From Eledone cirrhosa (lineage: Eukaryota), in assembly GCA_964016885.1 (NCBI GenBank), contig OZ024740.1, forward strand, positions 180,854,001 to 180,918,000: a DNA stretch of 64,000 nt, read 5' to 3'. Shown one piece after another: positions 1 through 13,919 of the stretch (positions are counted from its first letter, which is position 1; the number at the start of each line of letters is the position of its first letter). Below the pieces are notes generated by a model. The model was given only the letters and a program-made list of their open reading frames with translations, searched no databases and was not told the DNA's origin. A program made the translations under genes and the position numbers.

Positions 1-3000
1 GCTACATTTGAAGTAGCTACACCAGCAACAAAATTGCCGAAAAGGGGTCCACTACCACCACCAACAGCCGTGGAGCACATACCCCTCCCAGACGCCACAG
101 AATCCGACAAGGAGTTTGAGGCGGGAGTGAAGTGGCAAACGGTCTGCCGCAAAAAACAAAAAACAAAAAAAACCCTTAGATTCACCCTCCAAAAGCGAAG
201 GCATACAAAGAGGGGGTAAAGGCAGCAAGGAAACTTGCAGCAACACCACCACCATCACCACCACAAACACCAACAACGCAAACACAACAAGACACACACA
301 CCAAACAGCAACAAGAAGAAAACAGCAACAAAATCACCCCTCCTCCCAAAAAGTACACAGCCATAAACATGGCAAAAAAAGAATTCGTACAATATATAAA
401 GCAGCACACAGACATCACACCAAACAAACTACTACACCCCTCCAACACCAAGAACTCTCCCGACAAACATAAGCATCATCGAAATCTCAATAGTACAGTA
501 CAAACCTTAAAAACAAAAATTCTCCAACGCAGTTGGAGACTCCAGAGGGGCGGTTACCAAGACGATATACACTGACATACTCTTGGAAACACCCATGACC
601 AGTGAAAGGGACGGTTCTACTGTCGCTTCACCACACGAACAAGGTAAGTGACCCTTACTCACCAGCCACGTTTCTCATCCAACATGGTTGTACTCAGAAT
701 AGGCAGTATAAATGCACGTGGCCTGGGGTCATCTTGAAAGCAGGGTCACCTGCTCAATGACCTCATGTCACTAAACATAGATGTCGTGGCCATCAGTGAA
801 ACCAGAATCTCCGAAGCACGGGCCTTCGCACCGATCTTCGGCAGCTACGATGTATACGCATGTCCCAGCCGTCCAGGATCGGGGGGAAGGGGTTGCCGTC
901 CTTTTTCGGAGAGACTTGGATCTCGCGATACGGGCCATCTTCCTGGACCCAGAAGGTAAGTCGATGGTGCTGGACGTGACCGGCAGCGAAGGCAATGCCT
1001 TCAGGCTAGTAGCCGTCTGCGCCCCGACAGGGGCAGGACGGCCAGATTTATTCAGACGTCTAGAGATCTTTCTTGGAACGTCCTGCTCTTTAGTGTTAGT
1101 GGGCGACTGGAACGGTATCTTAGATGTATGCTGGGATTGTGTGGGGCTAGTGGATAGGGGAGGAGTGTGCAAGAGCCACACCAACTTGCTCAGACGTTTT
1201 AAACTGTCTGACAGGTATCGACTGGATCACCTGAATATGCCAATGTGGATATGAACAAACCGCATCGGGTCATTCAGATCGTATCTCGATAGGGTATTCT
1301 GCAGAGAACCAGATAAGGCTAGTATAAGTTTTCCACAATTAATATAGTCGACTACACAGACCACAAATTTGTGATCTGTGAGTTCGATATAGACAGACTT
1401 CATAGACAAGGGCCTGGTTACTGGAAGCTGAACGCGTCTTTCCGGGCGCGCAAGGCCTACAGAGACCGGATTAGCGTATAATTAAGCGGGCGTTGGCGGG
1501 AGCGGCCGTCAACAACAGGTGGTGATGGTTTGCCCTGAAAAGGGCAATTAAAGTAGAGTCGATTAGGTTTAGCAAAGGAGTAGTGATAGAGGAAAATAGA
1601 GGAGAGGGAGAGCTAGTCAGAAAGCTAGAAGAGGCGTTTAGGACAGGCATCGCAACCGACGTGCTTGCTGCGAGATTGGCACTCGACCAATTCTTGAACG
1701 CAAAACACGAAGGCTGCGTCCAATGTGCCCGGGTGGCAGAGGCGCAACGTGGTAACAAAGCCACAATTCGTTCTTTGTCTGACCAAAACGGGTGCGTGAT
1801 GTTCGAACCCGAGCGGATGTGTGAAGCTTTTCAGCAGCACTTTGCTGAACTGTTCGGGAGCAGCGGCGGCCCGGATCGGGGCATGGAATTCAGTACATAC
1901 CTCGACGGACTGCCTCGGCTCTCGACAACCGCAGCACAGTGTTGCGAAATGCCAATAACAGCCGGTGGAATACGGGAAGAGATGGCTAACTGCACAAGGG
2001 GTAAATCGCCAGGTTTAGATGGTCTGCCCAACGAGTTTTATGCATTTATGCCAGAACTATTCGGTGACCTCTTGGCAGGCGTCTACTGCAACTGGCAGCA
2101 GAACGGGAGCATTCCCAGTTTTGTGAGACGGGGAGCAGTGGCGCTGCTGAGAAAAGACCCGAACAAAGGGGATGTTATCAATAATTTCAGGCCCATAACC
2201 TTGTTAAACGCAGAGTTCAAATTTTTGGCCGAGGTCTTAGCAACGAAGTTGGCGCTTGTCGTCAAGGGTCTGGTGGGAGAGGCGCAGATATGCGCCATTC
2301 CGGAGAGATCCATACACGACAACCTCCACCTCATGAGATACATCATAAAGAGGGTGGTTAAGGAACCTGGTAAGGGTGGGGCCCGGTTCAACTTGGATCA
2401 ATCCAAAGCATTCGATAGGGTCGACCATCGGTACCTGGTGGCGGTCCTCGAGGCAGCCGGTTTCGGGCCCGTTTTCAGGGGTTGGATCGCAGCAATGTAC
2501 AGCGACATCTGCTCAGTTGTGAGGGTGAACGGTCACCATTCGCAGCCGTTCAGCATCATGCGCTCAGTCCGCCAGGTTTGTCCCCTCTCGTCCCTATTGT
2601 ACGTCTTGGCTCTCGAGCCGTTACTGCACAAACTGGGGGCGATGTGGGGTGTCCCACGCGAACTAGGATGCGGGAAATCCGAGTCGGCTTACGTTGACGA
2701 CGTCACCGTGGTGGTATCGAGCACCAGACACGTCCATATGCTCGGCACCGCTCTAAAGGCATACGAAGCGGTGAAAGGAGCAAAGATAAACCAGGAAAGG
2801 TCGGTGGGCTTGCAGCTCGGCACCTGAAGTGGCAAGTCCATGCCGTCCGACAGAATCGTGGGGCTTTGGACGGACGGACCAGTTAAATTGCTCGGGGTCG
2901 GTTTGGGACCGGACCTCCAGATGGAGAAAAACTGGAACGAGGTGACGAGCAGGGTGGCCTCCCTCACCCAGAAATGGACTGAGAGGAAGCTGTCCCTGAA

Positions 3001-4349
3001 AGGCCAGGCGGAAGTGGCGAAGGCGTACATCGCATCCGTCATCTGCTACCGCCTCACCGTCGTCCCTTGTTCCAGCCCAACTCTCACCAAAATGGAGCGC
3101 CTCCTCTTCCGCTTTTTGTGGAAGGTACGCGCTCTCATGGTCAGCCGATCCATCTGCTGTCAACACCCGTTGCGTGGAGGATTGGGCATGCCATGGCTGA
3201 TGATGCGCAAACATGCGCTGAGGTTGCGACATCTCTGGTGCTTCTTTGATTGTGAACGGGTGTGGTCGCCGTTCGCCAGTCACGTTTTCCCACAGAGCTG
3301 CAGTCCTGGGTCAGAAAAAGACCGAGGAATAGCGCTTGGAAGCTGGAATGTCTCCAGGCGCTCACTGCCCTCTCCCAGTTGGGCACCAGTATCGGTGGAA
3401 CATCCACCTCGGCGTTCTATAGCGGACTAGTGGAGGGGAAGAGCGACGACATTCTCGGAGAGATCCTGGGCGTCGAAGAAGATCAGCTGTTTGCTCTCTT
3501 CCGGAGAACTTTCAGCCCGGGGCCTATGGATAAATTCCAAAAATCCCTGGCCTGGCAGTGCTACCGGGGAGCGCTGCCGGTTCGAGATTAGCTCTACAGG
3601 CATAGAAGTACCGTCAGCCGAGCCTGTCCGAGATGCGCGCAGAGCGACGAAACCATTGTGCACGCACTCGTTCAGTGCCCGAGCATTGCTGACTTGTGGA
3701 GATATGTCGAACAGTTGCTGTCGCGTATAGGACTGATCCGTTTGTCGACTGAGTCCATTGTCCAGATCGTCTCGCCGTCTTCCTTCGAGGAGGAGAGGCG
3801 GGCGGTTCTCATCTGCCTGGTGGCCATGGCGAAAGAGATTGTGTTGTCGACAAACTTAAAAGTGTTAAAGACAAACACTTTGCTCTTCGGCGAATCCCTA
3901 ATTAACTTTTTCAAGTTTCATTTGAAGTGGAAAATCAGGGTGGAGAGGCAAGTGGTGCTTTCTAGCAAGTTTGTTGAAAGGTGGGTGAATGTAGCGAGAA
4001 TGGTCCGTGTGAACGGGACCACTATGAATATACGTCTGTGTTATGAGGGATGGAAAAATTGAGAGAGGGCGCTTGCCCTGGTGGTCAGAGTGGTGGTGGT
4101 ATTTTGTGTGGTTTTCGCCACGAGTAACCCTCGGAGGTTTCCCCCCTGTTGGGGAATTTTTCATTGTTTCAATTTTCATTTTTATTGTTTATATATATAT
4201 ATATGTTTTATGTCCTTTCTTTTTTTCTTTTCTTATATAAATAATAAATATATTTACACGCACAAAACCCACATCGTACCGTCCTGTACCGTCCCGTGCC
4301 ATCTGTAATATTTTTCTTGATGTCAGCCCTTGTGGCCAATAAAGAAATC
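1..4349 (+). mobile_element. Tx1/L1-clade non-LTR retrotransposon copy E1 (ATT-tailed group), cut by the window edge, degenerate
   Basis: ORF1 C-terminal part 1-651. ORF2 runs from ATG 684 with APE endonuclease motifs (GDWNG, SYLDRV, TDHK), RT motifs (KSPGLDGL, NFRPITLLN, LDQSKAFDRV, AYVDD) and a C-terminal CPRC..H..C motif, broken by many stops/frameshifts. AATAAA at 4338, then (ATT)n. Confidence 0.93.
684..4050 (+). pseudogene. ORF2 of E1 (APE endonuclease, reverse transcriptase, Cys/His motif), disrupted
   Basis: ORF fragments 781-1254, 1583-2827, 2840-3430, 3262-3591 and 3658-4062 tile the same protein as the near-intact ORF2 at 48872-52291. Confidence 0.9.
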
Positions 4350-4376
4350 ATTATTATTATTATTATTATTATTATT
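4350..4376. repeat. (ATT)9 microsatellite between E1 and E2
   Basis: Direct reading. Confidence 0.97.
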
Positions 4377-7300
4377 GGCGACCTACGTAGTAAATCGTAT
4401 CATCGTGAGCTCCGCAAAGGTTTGTTATTTTCAGTTATTTAAAATTGCCATTTATGGAAAATGTTTATTGTTAACTGTATATAAGTGCTCATACATTGAT
4501 TTCTGAAAAGGAAAATTTAAACTTTTTATAATTATCAAACAAAAATTTTTTCTTTGAAAAATCATGGATGTCTCAGAGTCAATCCTACCTCACAATCTAA
4601 CACCTCACACCGTCACCACCATTGTAAATGTAAGCGGTAGCAATATTTTAAATTTGTCTCAGGCAAACGTTCATTTCCCGCCATTACCAATGAAAGCAGG
4701 TGTTAAAGCCGCCACCACCACCACCAACACAGCGACAACAGAAACAAAAGAAAAGAATAAATTAACTCATGATATCGAAATGAATTCAACCAAAATGAAC
4801 TCTTCCACACCGAACACCACTGACGCCGCCACCACCACAACTGAAACTAAAATTAACAATAGCAAAAATAACGATAACAACAACAGCAACAAGGAAATTA
4901 AGAAAACTACCCTGAGTTTTGCCAGAGTAGCAAAAACGTGCGAAGCGATCCAGGTAACTCAGGAGGAATTAGAAGAAGCCAAAGGAATGGTAAAGAAAGA
5001 TGGGTACAGGGTCAGCCTCAGCCACACACCCCCACCTCCTATGCACCGTGTCTTATCGGACAATTAACATAAAATCGCGCGAGTGGAACGGGCATCCGTG
5101 TACCAAATCCAAAAAGCTTTGGGCCATGTGTGGGCAAAAAAAAACCCACATCAGACGTGGGCAGAAGTATGGAAAAGAGGACGTGTTCTTTGAAACACTA
5201 CAGGAGGCCAGAGAACACTCCATGGCCCCATTAAGAAGTGACGACTTCACACTCATCCAAAGCTATATTGGCCAGAGACTTGTGAATATCAGGGTGACCC
5301 ACGCTCCACCGGCCATCGAAATTCCCTGGCTAATGGCTGCCGTCCTCGCCGGCATCGAGGCCAACACCTAAATAATAGAAATAACAAAAGAAAAGCAGGA
5401 GAACTGGTCCGGATCTGGGATGGAGCTCCTGATCCAAGCGGACCATAAAAGCATTGCGGAGACATCAGAGGTAATAGACCTCACTGACGGCAGCCACCTC
5501 ACCGTAATCGTCGAGGGCAGAATACCTAGGTATGTTGTTTGTGGTGAAGGGACCCACCTAAGGGCTTTCTGCCCTCAGGCTAAAAGGTTGAAGCCAACTC
5601 TCTTACCCACCCCAGTGACTCAACCATCAACACCACCAACAGCAGAAATGGCAGCAACAATTCTAGCAGCAACAACAGAAGCAACTGTAACAGCAACAAC
5701 CCCAGCAACAGTAGCAAAACCACCACCACCACCACCCAACGCCCCAGAACTACACGACACCAAAACACAAATTCCACAAAGACATCGGAGACTTCCGACA
5801 AACACTCTCGAGGAGGATGTATAAGGACATCCTTCCGGAGGAGGCCACATTCAGTGCCACAAAAGGATGGATAAACCATCCTTCCTCTACGAGAAGTAAG
5901 GTAAGTGGTCTTTCCCATCTTTTCCACTCCATTTCAATATGACCTCACTCAGAATAGGCAGCATAAATGCGCGTGGCTTGGGGTCATCATGGAAGCACGG
6001 CCACCTGCTCAACGATTTCAGGTCACTAAACGTAGATGTAGTGGCCATCATCGAGACCAGAATCTACGTAGCACGGGCCTTCGCACCGATCTTCGGCAGC
6101 TACGATGTGTACGCATCTCCCAGCCGTCCGGGCTCGGGAGGGGCGGAGGAGTTGCTGTGCTTTTTCAGAGAGGTTTGGATCTCGCCACACGGGCCATCTT
6201 CCTGGACCCAGAAGGTAAGTTGGTGGTGCTTGACGTGACCAGCGGAGACGGGCAAGCTTTCAGGCTAGTGGCCGTCTATGCCCCGACAGGAGCAGGGCGG
6301 CCTGATTTCTTCCGGCGTCTGGAGACCGCTCTTTAGTGTTAGTGGGCGACTGGAACGGGATCTTAGATGCACGCTTGGACTGAGTGAGATTAGCGGATAG
6401 GGGAGGAGGGTGCAAGAGCCTCACCAACCTGCTCAGGCGTTTTGAACTGTCTGACAGGTACCGATTGGATTTCCCGAATGTGCCAATATGGACTCGCATA
6501 GGGTCATCCAGATCATATCTAGATAGAGTATTTTGTAGAGAAATAGATAGGTCTAGCATAGGCTGTCCACAATTCAAGATAGTCTGCTACACGGACCACA
6601 AATTCGTGATCTGTGTGCCTTAGATAGGCTTCATAGAAGAGGACCCGGCTACTGGAAGCTAAACGCGTCCTTACCAGCGCGCAAGGCCTACAGAGAACAG
6701 ATTAGTGAACTAGTAAGCGGGCGTTGACGGGAGCCATCGTCAACAACAAGTGGTCGTTTGCTCTGAAAAGAGCAATTAGACTAGAGTCCATTAGGTTTAG
6801 TAAGGCTTTAGCAATAGAGAAAAATAGAGCAGCGGGAGAATTAGTTAGAAAATTAGACGAGGCGCTTAGCAAAGGCATCGCGACCGACGTACTTGCGGCG
6901 AAATTGGCCCTTGACCAATTATTCAATGCAAAGCACGAAGGCTGCGTTGTCAGAGCTAGGGTGCGTGCTCTCAGACACGAGGGAACGAAAGCCGTTCAGT
7001 AGGCCCAAGTGGCGGAGGTGCGTCGTGGCAACAAAGCCACGATCCGGTCTTCGGTGGACCACGATGGGCGCATGCTACTCGATTTCGGGCAAATGTGTGA
7101 AGCTTTTCAGGGACACTTCGCTCAGTTGTTCGGGGGCAGCGCCGGGCCGGATCGAGGGATGGACATTAGTGTCTACCTCGAAGGACTGCCGCGGCTCTCG
7201 GCCACTGAGGCGGAGTGTTGCGAAAAGCTGATAACAGACGCTGAAGTACAGGAGGCAATGACTAGCTGCACAAGGTATATATCGCCTGGTTTGGATTGTC

Positions 7301-9517
7301 TGCCCTATGAACTTTACGTACAGATGCCAGACTTGTTCGAAGGCTTCTTGGCGGACATCTACTGCAAATGGCAACAGAACGGGAGAATTCCCAGCTCTGT
7401 GAGCCGAGGAGCTGTGGCGCTGCTGAGAAAGGATCCGAACAAGGGGGATAACATAGATAATTTTAGGCCCATATCTCTGCTATACACAGAGTTCAAGATT
7501 TTGGCCAATGTGCTATCAAAGATGATGGCGCTTGTCGTTGGTGGTCTGGTGGGAGAGGCGCAGATATGCGCCATTCACGACAGATCCATCCACGACAACC
7601 TCCACCTCATGCGATACATCGTAGAGAGGGTAGCTAGGGAACATGGCACGGGTGGGTCCTTGATCAATTTAGATCAGTCGAAAGCTTTCGATAGGGTCGA
7701 CCATCGTTACCTAGCGGCAGTCCTGAGGGCGGCTGTCTTTGGGCCCGTATTCAGAGGCTGGATCGCTGCCATGCACAGCGACATCTCTTCTGTGGTGAGA
7801 GTGAACGGTCACCTTTCGTAACCATTCAACATCATGCGCTCGGTCCGCCAAGGATGTGCCTCTCGTCCCTCTTGTACGTATTGACTCTCGAGCCATTACT
7901 GCACAAACTGGAGACGTTGAGGGGGGGGGGGGGGGTCCCGCGCGAACTAGGATGCGGAAGATCCGTGTCAGCATATGCCGAAGATGTCTCCGTAGTGGTG
8001 TCGAACGCCAAACACATAGAGGCGATCGGCACTACACTAAGAGAATACGAAGCGGTGACAGGAGCAATGATCAACCAGGAAAAGTCAGAGGGCCTGCAGC
8101 TCGGCACCTGGAGAGGAAGGTCCATACCGTCCAACAGCGTCGTCGGGTGCTGGACGGACGGTGACGAGCAGGTTGGCTTCTCTCACCCAGAAATGAGCCG
8201 AGAGGAAGCTATCCCTGAAAGGTCGAGCGGAGGTGGCTAACGCGTATATCGCGTCCGTCATCTACTACCGCCTGACCGACGTACCTTGTCCTAAGCCCCG
8301 CCTGACTGCGCTGGAGCGTTTGCGCTTTCGCTTTTTGTTTAAAGGACGCGCTCCGATGGTCAGGCGGTCCATCTGCTGTCAACACCCGCTACGGGGAGGG
8401 CTGGGTATGCCGTGGCTGATGATGCGCAGACACGCGCTCAGGCTAAGACATCTCCACCTCTTCCTCGACGGTGATCAGGTGTGGTATCCGTTTGCTAGAC
8501 GCGTCTTTTCCCAGCTCGTCTCCTTGACAGAGCTGCAGTCCTGGGTCAAGCGAAGACCGAGAGGGAGCGCTTGGAGACTGGAATGTTTTCAGGCGCTCAC
8601 AGCCCTCGACCAATCGGGCAATGTGATCGGTGGAAACTCCACCTTGCCGTTCTATAGAGGATTAGTGGAGGGGAAGAGTGACGACGTACTTGGGGAAACT
8701 CTAGGCGTCGACGAAAATCAACTAGCCAATCTCTTCGGAAGAACTTTCGGGCCGGGGCCTATGGACAACTTCCAGAAATCCCTGGCCTGGCAGTGCTACT
8801 GAGGAGCTTTGCCAGTTCGGGATAAACTCTACAGGCATGGAGTTGCCGTCAGCCGGGCATGTACGAGATGCGCTCAGGGAGACGAAATCGTCCTGCACGC
8901 ATTCGTCCATTGTCCGAGCATTGCTGACTTGTGGGTTTATGTCGAACACCTGCTGTCGTGTGTGGGACGGATCCAGCTATCAGCTGAGTCCATCGTGAGG
9001 ATTGCCCCGCCCTCTTCCTTTAGCCGGGAAGGGCAGGCTGTTTTTATCTGTCTGGTGGCCATGGCGAAAGAGATAGAATGGTGGACTCGTTTGAAAGGGC
9101 TGAAGACGAGCACTTACCTCTTCGGTGATGCCCTGATTAACTTTTTCAAATTTCATTTGAAAAGGAAAATCAGGGTAGTGCTCTCTTCCCAGCATTTTGT
9201 TGAAAGATGGGTGAGAGAGGCAAGAATGGCCCGAGTGAATGGGCCTACTCTGAGTATGTGTCTGTAAATTAAAGATGGAAAACTGGGAGAGGGCATTTGC
9301 CCTGGTGGTCAGGGTCACTGTGGCTTTTTAATAGGCTCTCTCGACGAATGTCCCTCGGAAGTCTCTCCCCTATTGGGGAATTTTTCATTGTTCTATTATT
9401 ACATCCTCTGTTTCTTGTCTTTTTACACGCAGAAATGCCCAATTGTACCGTCCTCTATAGTCCTATACTGTCCTTATTGTCTACTTCATGTAAACCCTTG
9501 TGGTTAATAAAGAAAGC
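4377..9517 (+). mobile_element. Tx1/L1-clade copy E2 (ATT-tailed group), both ends present, degenerate, ORF1 apparently internally deleted
   Basis: 5' UTR 4377-4563. ORF1 fragments 4564-5904 include a degenerate zinc knuckle (YVVCGEGTHLRAFC). ORF2 5939-9267 is closely similar to E5 ORF2. AATAAA ~9506, (ATT)n tail 9518-9559. Confidence 0.93.
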
Positions 9518-10444
9518 ATTATTATTATTATTTTTATTATTAATATTATTATTATTATTCTCTACATTCCTTACATCAAACTAAAATATGCTGACAATCT
9601 GTTAATAATGTCTTCCTTATGAAATGTGTGGCCTTGTTTGGCTTAACTAATGAATATTTCCAGCTCTGCGCGCCTAACATCTGCATGAACCCAGCCACCT
9701 AGCTGCTTTCTACTGCATATTGCACATTGAGCACCCGACTTTACGCTTTGAATTCTAACTAATTCACCAATCTCTCCTCTCCTATCCTCTCTCCTATCTC
9801 CATCTCTCTCTTTAAGATTGGTTACTCTTGAACTGTGTGTATATATATATATATACAGTATATGTATATATATATATATACATGTGTGTGTGTGTGTATG
9901 TATATATGTATATATAACCAGAACAGGGTAGATATAATGATAAGGAAAAGGGAAAAGAAGATTGGTACAATATTGGACTCTAGCTGCACACAGATGGAAA
10001 TGATGTTTTAAAAGTTAGCGAAAGGGAGAATATTTATACCGAAATAAGGAGGAAACTGCAGATAATCTACTCTTTTCATACCAATAGTTTTGTACCTATG
10101 ACCGTTAGCGCAATTTCGTAGTTTACTACCTACTTCAGCACAAATCCTGATAAACTGTGCTTCATAAATCCAGAAAGTGCATGGAAAATACAATCCAAAA
10201 TCGTTATAGTAAACTATGTAAAATATTGCAGAAATGTAGCACGTAATAGCTGCTTATACACACGTATAGATATATCAACATATGTATGTATGCACATATA
10301 ACTCAAAACATGATGTTTCACACATGGGTAAACATTCATATAATTACCTACATAATATTGTTTACGATGCAATGAAATTAGATTTTGCTTTGTAACTATA
10401 TATGATATATATATGTATATATATATATATACATATATATATAT

Positions 10445-10637
10445 AAAACGAAGGAAATGCGGTAAGGAACCAGATGGACCATAACGCACCAGAGTACTCA
10501 ATACTTAGGGTAGTAGTGTGGGTAATAGGAAAAGGTATGACCCCGACTGCAGAGCTCAAGCCGTTTCGACGGCTATTTCAGTCAAGAAATAGCAGTCCAA
10601 ACGGCTTCAGCTCAGCCGTTGGGGTCATACCTTTTCC

Positions 10638-10640
<3 letters not shown>
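10445..10640. repeat. Short dispersed element with long fold-back hairpin (10525-10640), flanked by (TA)n; same family as 26471-26622
   Basis: Arms ataggaaaaggtatgacccc...gctatttc / gaaatagc...ggggtcataccttttcctat around a 6-nt loop. The unpaired tail is shared with the 26.5 kb copy in opposite orientation. Confidence 0.85.
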
Positions 10641-10665
<25 letters not shown>

Positions 10666-10669
<4 letters not shown>

Positions 10670-11069
10670 TATTGGTAAACGGAATAGAAAATGCTGACAA
10701 ATTGTTCACAGTTGAAAAATGGTTTAATTAGGAATAAAAGAGTATTAGTGATTGTATGGGTTAGTATTCAGTTGTGGTTTTAAGTTTTTAAGTTTTTACC
10801 GGTTGCGCATTTCTAAATGCTTTTCAAAAATAATTTTGAGATAGAGTGTCCCTGCTGTTTGCTCTGATCAGAGCAAACAGCAGGGACACTCTATCTCAAA
10901 ATTATTTTTGAAAAGCATTTAGAAATGCGCAACCGGTAAAAACTTAAAAACTTAAAACCACAACTGAATACTAACCCATACAATCACTAATACTCTTTTA
11001 TTCCTAATTAAACCATTTTTCAACTGTGAACAATTTGTCAGCATTTTCTATTCCGTTTACCAATATATA
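10666..11069. repeat. 404-bp spacerless palindrome (202-bp arms) centred on TGATCA
   Basis: Arms read as reverse complements by eye, with the axis between 10867 and 10868. Confidence 0.92.
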
Positions 11070-11103
11070 ATAACTTGTGTGTTACACCTCTATTCTTTTA
11101 ACT

Positions 11104-11137
<34 letters not shown>

Positions 11138-11326
11138 GTGTGTATATGTGGGTGTTGATGTGTGTTTGTTTGAGTCTATATATATATTGTTTGAGTCCGT
11201 ATATATAAATATATCGGAGCGCCCGGCCGATTAACTCACTCGATATGCAAATTAGGCTGCTCAGCCGTTAATATGCATAAGGAAAGCATATACTTTCAGA
11301 CGTTCAATCATCTGACGGGAAGGTAT

Positions 11327-11369
11327 ACGAGGCTGACGATAGCTAATAAGCTTGAAACTAGTACTTCGT
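11327..11369 (+). ncRNA. Minimal type I hammerhead ribozyme motif
   Basis: acgagg CTGACGA t-agct-aata-agct-t GAAA ctag TA cttcgt: stem I pairs, core is canonical, loop III (CTAG) is palindromic. Confidence 0.8.
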
Positions 11370-11574
11370 TCCTTTGTCAGTGTTGAACAAAAGGGCAACG
11401 ATGGTTGCTAAACACTGTACGGCTTAATTCGGGATTTTTGTTTACAAACACACCGAGCATTATAATAAATGTTCGGTAAATATCCATACGTACATATATA
11501 TATGTGTGCATGTATGTATATATATACATAGTACTGTACGTCTGTATAGATATATGTATGTACGTATACATACT

Positions 11575-11613
<39 letters not shown>

Positions 11614-12484
11614 CCTGTATTCTATATATCATAATGAATATACCAAGTCTTTTAAATTTAATTCATCTATAATCTCAGTAGTTTATACTATATAGATAGG
11701 AGTCGTATAAACTTATGTAAACAATGAAACAAGCTGTTACAATTCATAATACAGATGGTATTAAAACTGAAATCCATGTCATCAGGAATTCTGAAAGAAG
11801 AGGGTAACTTATCACATCAACAAGAATATAAGTACACAATGAACAATAGTTCAGATCATAAGCATGCTTATGAGTGGCAAATAGAGAGTAGGATTGTTAG
11901 GCGTGAAATGTACATAGTCATATAATAATCTTTGTACACAAGTTTGTCATCTGTACGTATACCAGTAGAAGCATGTTATTAAAGATAAAGGGAGAACGAC
12001 AGTATATTATAGAATATCAACTCTATTCTGTTGCTTAAAAATCCTTGAATTCAGCATGATTGTTTAATAAAAGTAGGCTTACATTTATTACATTGTATTA
12101 ATCCCACATAATTTCATAGAAGTAGGAGGATGAATTCGATGTAAACAGGTTTCCGTCAATGTGTGTTGTTATAATGGCGTAAGATGAACAATTCAAAATA
12201 TACCAGTTTTATAACTCTGGTGGTGGTGTAACCTCTCTTAATCATTCTGGCAAATTAATGTCCGGTATGGTAAAGTAATTCACTTACTGATTTAGAGGAA
12301 TCCTTCTATGGCTTCAAATGTTGCTATGCTTCTCCCTACACATCTTTTTTTTTTTTTTTTTTTAGTGACTTATATGCAACACATAAATCCTAATCTGATA
12401 AGATAAAACAAAAAAAAAATAAAGAATACGCTTCCGGTGGTGCGTATATTAGTCATAAATTCTGGGGTATTATTTTCCCTTAGA

Positions 12485-12671
12485 TGGCGGTGAATTGGCA
12501 GTATCGGTAGAGAGTCGGACGCCATGCTTTGACGCATAGAGTTACGGCGCTTGCCATTCTGAGTTCAAATCCCGCCGAGGTTAACTTTGCCTTTCATCCT
12601 TACGGGGTCGATAAAATAAAGTACCAGTAATACACTGGGAAATTGCTGGCCTTGTGCCAAAAGTAGAAACA
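12485..12671 (+). mobile_element. tRNA-derived SINE (octopod OK-like family) with 16-bp target site duplication
   Basis: A-box-like tggcagtatcggtag and B-box gagttcaaatccc. TSD attattttcccttaga at 12469-12484 and 12672-12687. Homologous copies at ~21 kb, 36.4 kb and 63.1 kb. The family name is from recall. Confidence 0.85.
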
Positions 12672-13919
12672 ATTATTTTCCCTTAGAGCACCATTAAATA
12701 TTATTATTCATCCCTAAATGATGCACAGAGAAAATTTATGTTTTAAATACTTGACTCATGCAGATGATACTTTATAATAACTGCATCAATGTCTATATAC
12801 CATAAAAGACGACGTTCATTGCATTTGACTAATTATTAAAATTTGATAATCACATAGAAAGCTTTTATTATTGCATAGTTTAATACATTGCTATGGAACC
12901 TTATTATAGGCGAAATAGCAGAAGTGCTAATGGACTACTATTGTATCAGCATTCTATTCGATAATTTCTTAACAGTGTATTCCACAATTTCCGAAGACAG
13001 CTTGAAATGTTCATGACGCTTTATCGGCTGGTCGTATTTATTACACATCTACCAGGAAGCTGGGGCTAAGCACAATTCCTGAACACGTCTTTTGGATTTC
13101 AGAATAGTTACATATATATATATATATTTTATTTTATAAGTTATAGCAAGAACCTTATCAATTATTGATTATATGACATTTGTACATGCGATCTTGAAAA
13201 TACTAATGTATTATCACCATAATTCTATTAGCTACTCTACACCGGAAAGAAGATAACTTATTTACATAACAGAGATTTGTAATATATACTGTCCTATTTA
13301 AGAACGGAATTTCAAAATGTGGTTCCAATGGAAATGTTCCACGAAACAAATCATTCATACTGTTTCCCTGATAACGGTGCCTATTGTGATGGAATTGTAA
13401 TTTTAATTATTTTGAATTAAATAGTAATCTACATGGAAATATAATATATTTGCAAGATAGCAAAACATGTGAATGCGTTAATGTCATAGAGAAATTATCA
13501 TTTTTCTTCATATATTGTAAACGTAATTATTGATAATTAACATGACTAATTTTCATACACTTTCAACTAGATGAGCATCGACGTTTGCTTATTATATGAA
13601 AAGTACAAACTAGTTTTTGCAAGTTGTTAATGTGAAAGTAGAATATTGATTTCTCTGGGGCTGACATTGTTACTTCACATCCGACGTATTTACCTGTCTA
13701 CAGTGGAACATTAACAAAAGATAACTTGCTATGAAGAACGGCAAACATTTATTTCTCTTGAGATTAAGCTAGTTTGTTATTAGTTATGTATTCATCAGCT
13801 TCTTAGAAGGCAAGTTAAATAATATTCAAAACATCCAATACATTCAGTATCATATTTTGCTTAGCAATAGTCTATTAACTCATCACTAGGTAATAGTCTA
13901 TTAACTCATCACTAAGGAA

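Noticed and set aside
12485-12580. tRNA gene
   Set aside because: A/B boxes are present but there is no cloverleaf; it is the head of a repeated SINE with a TSD
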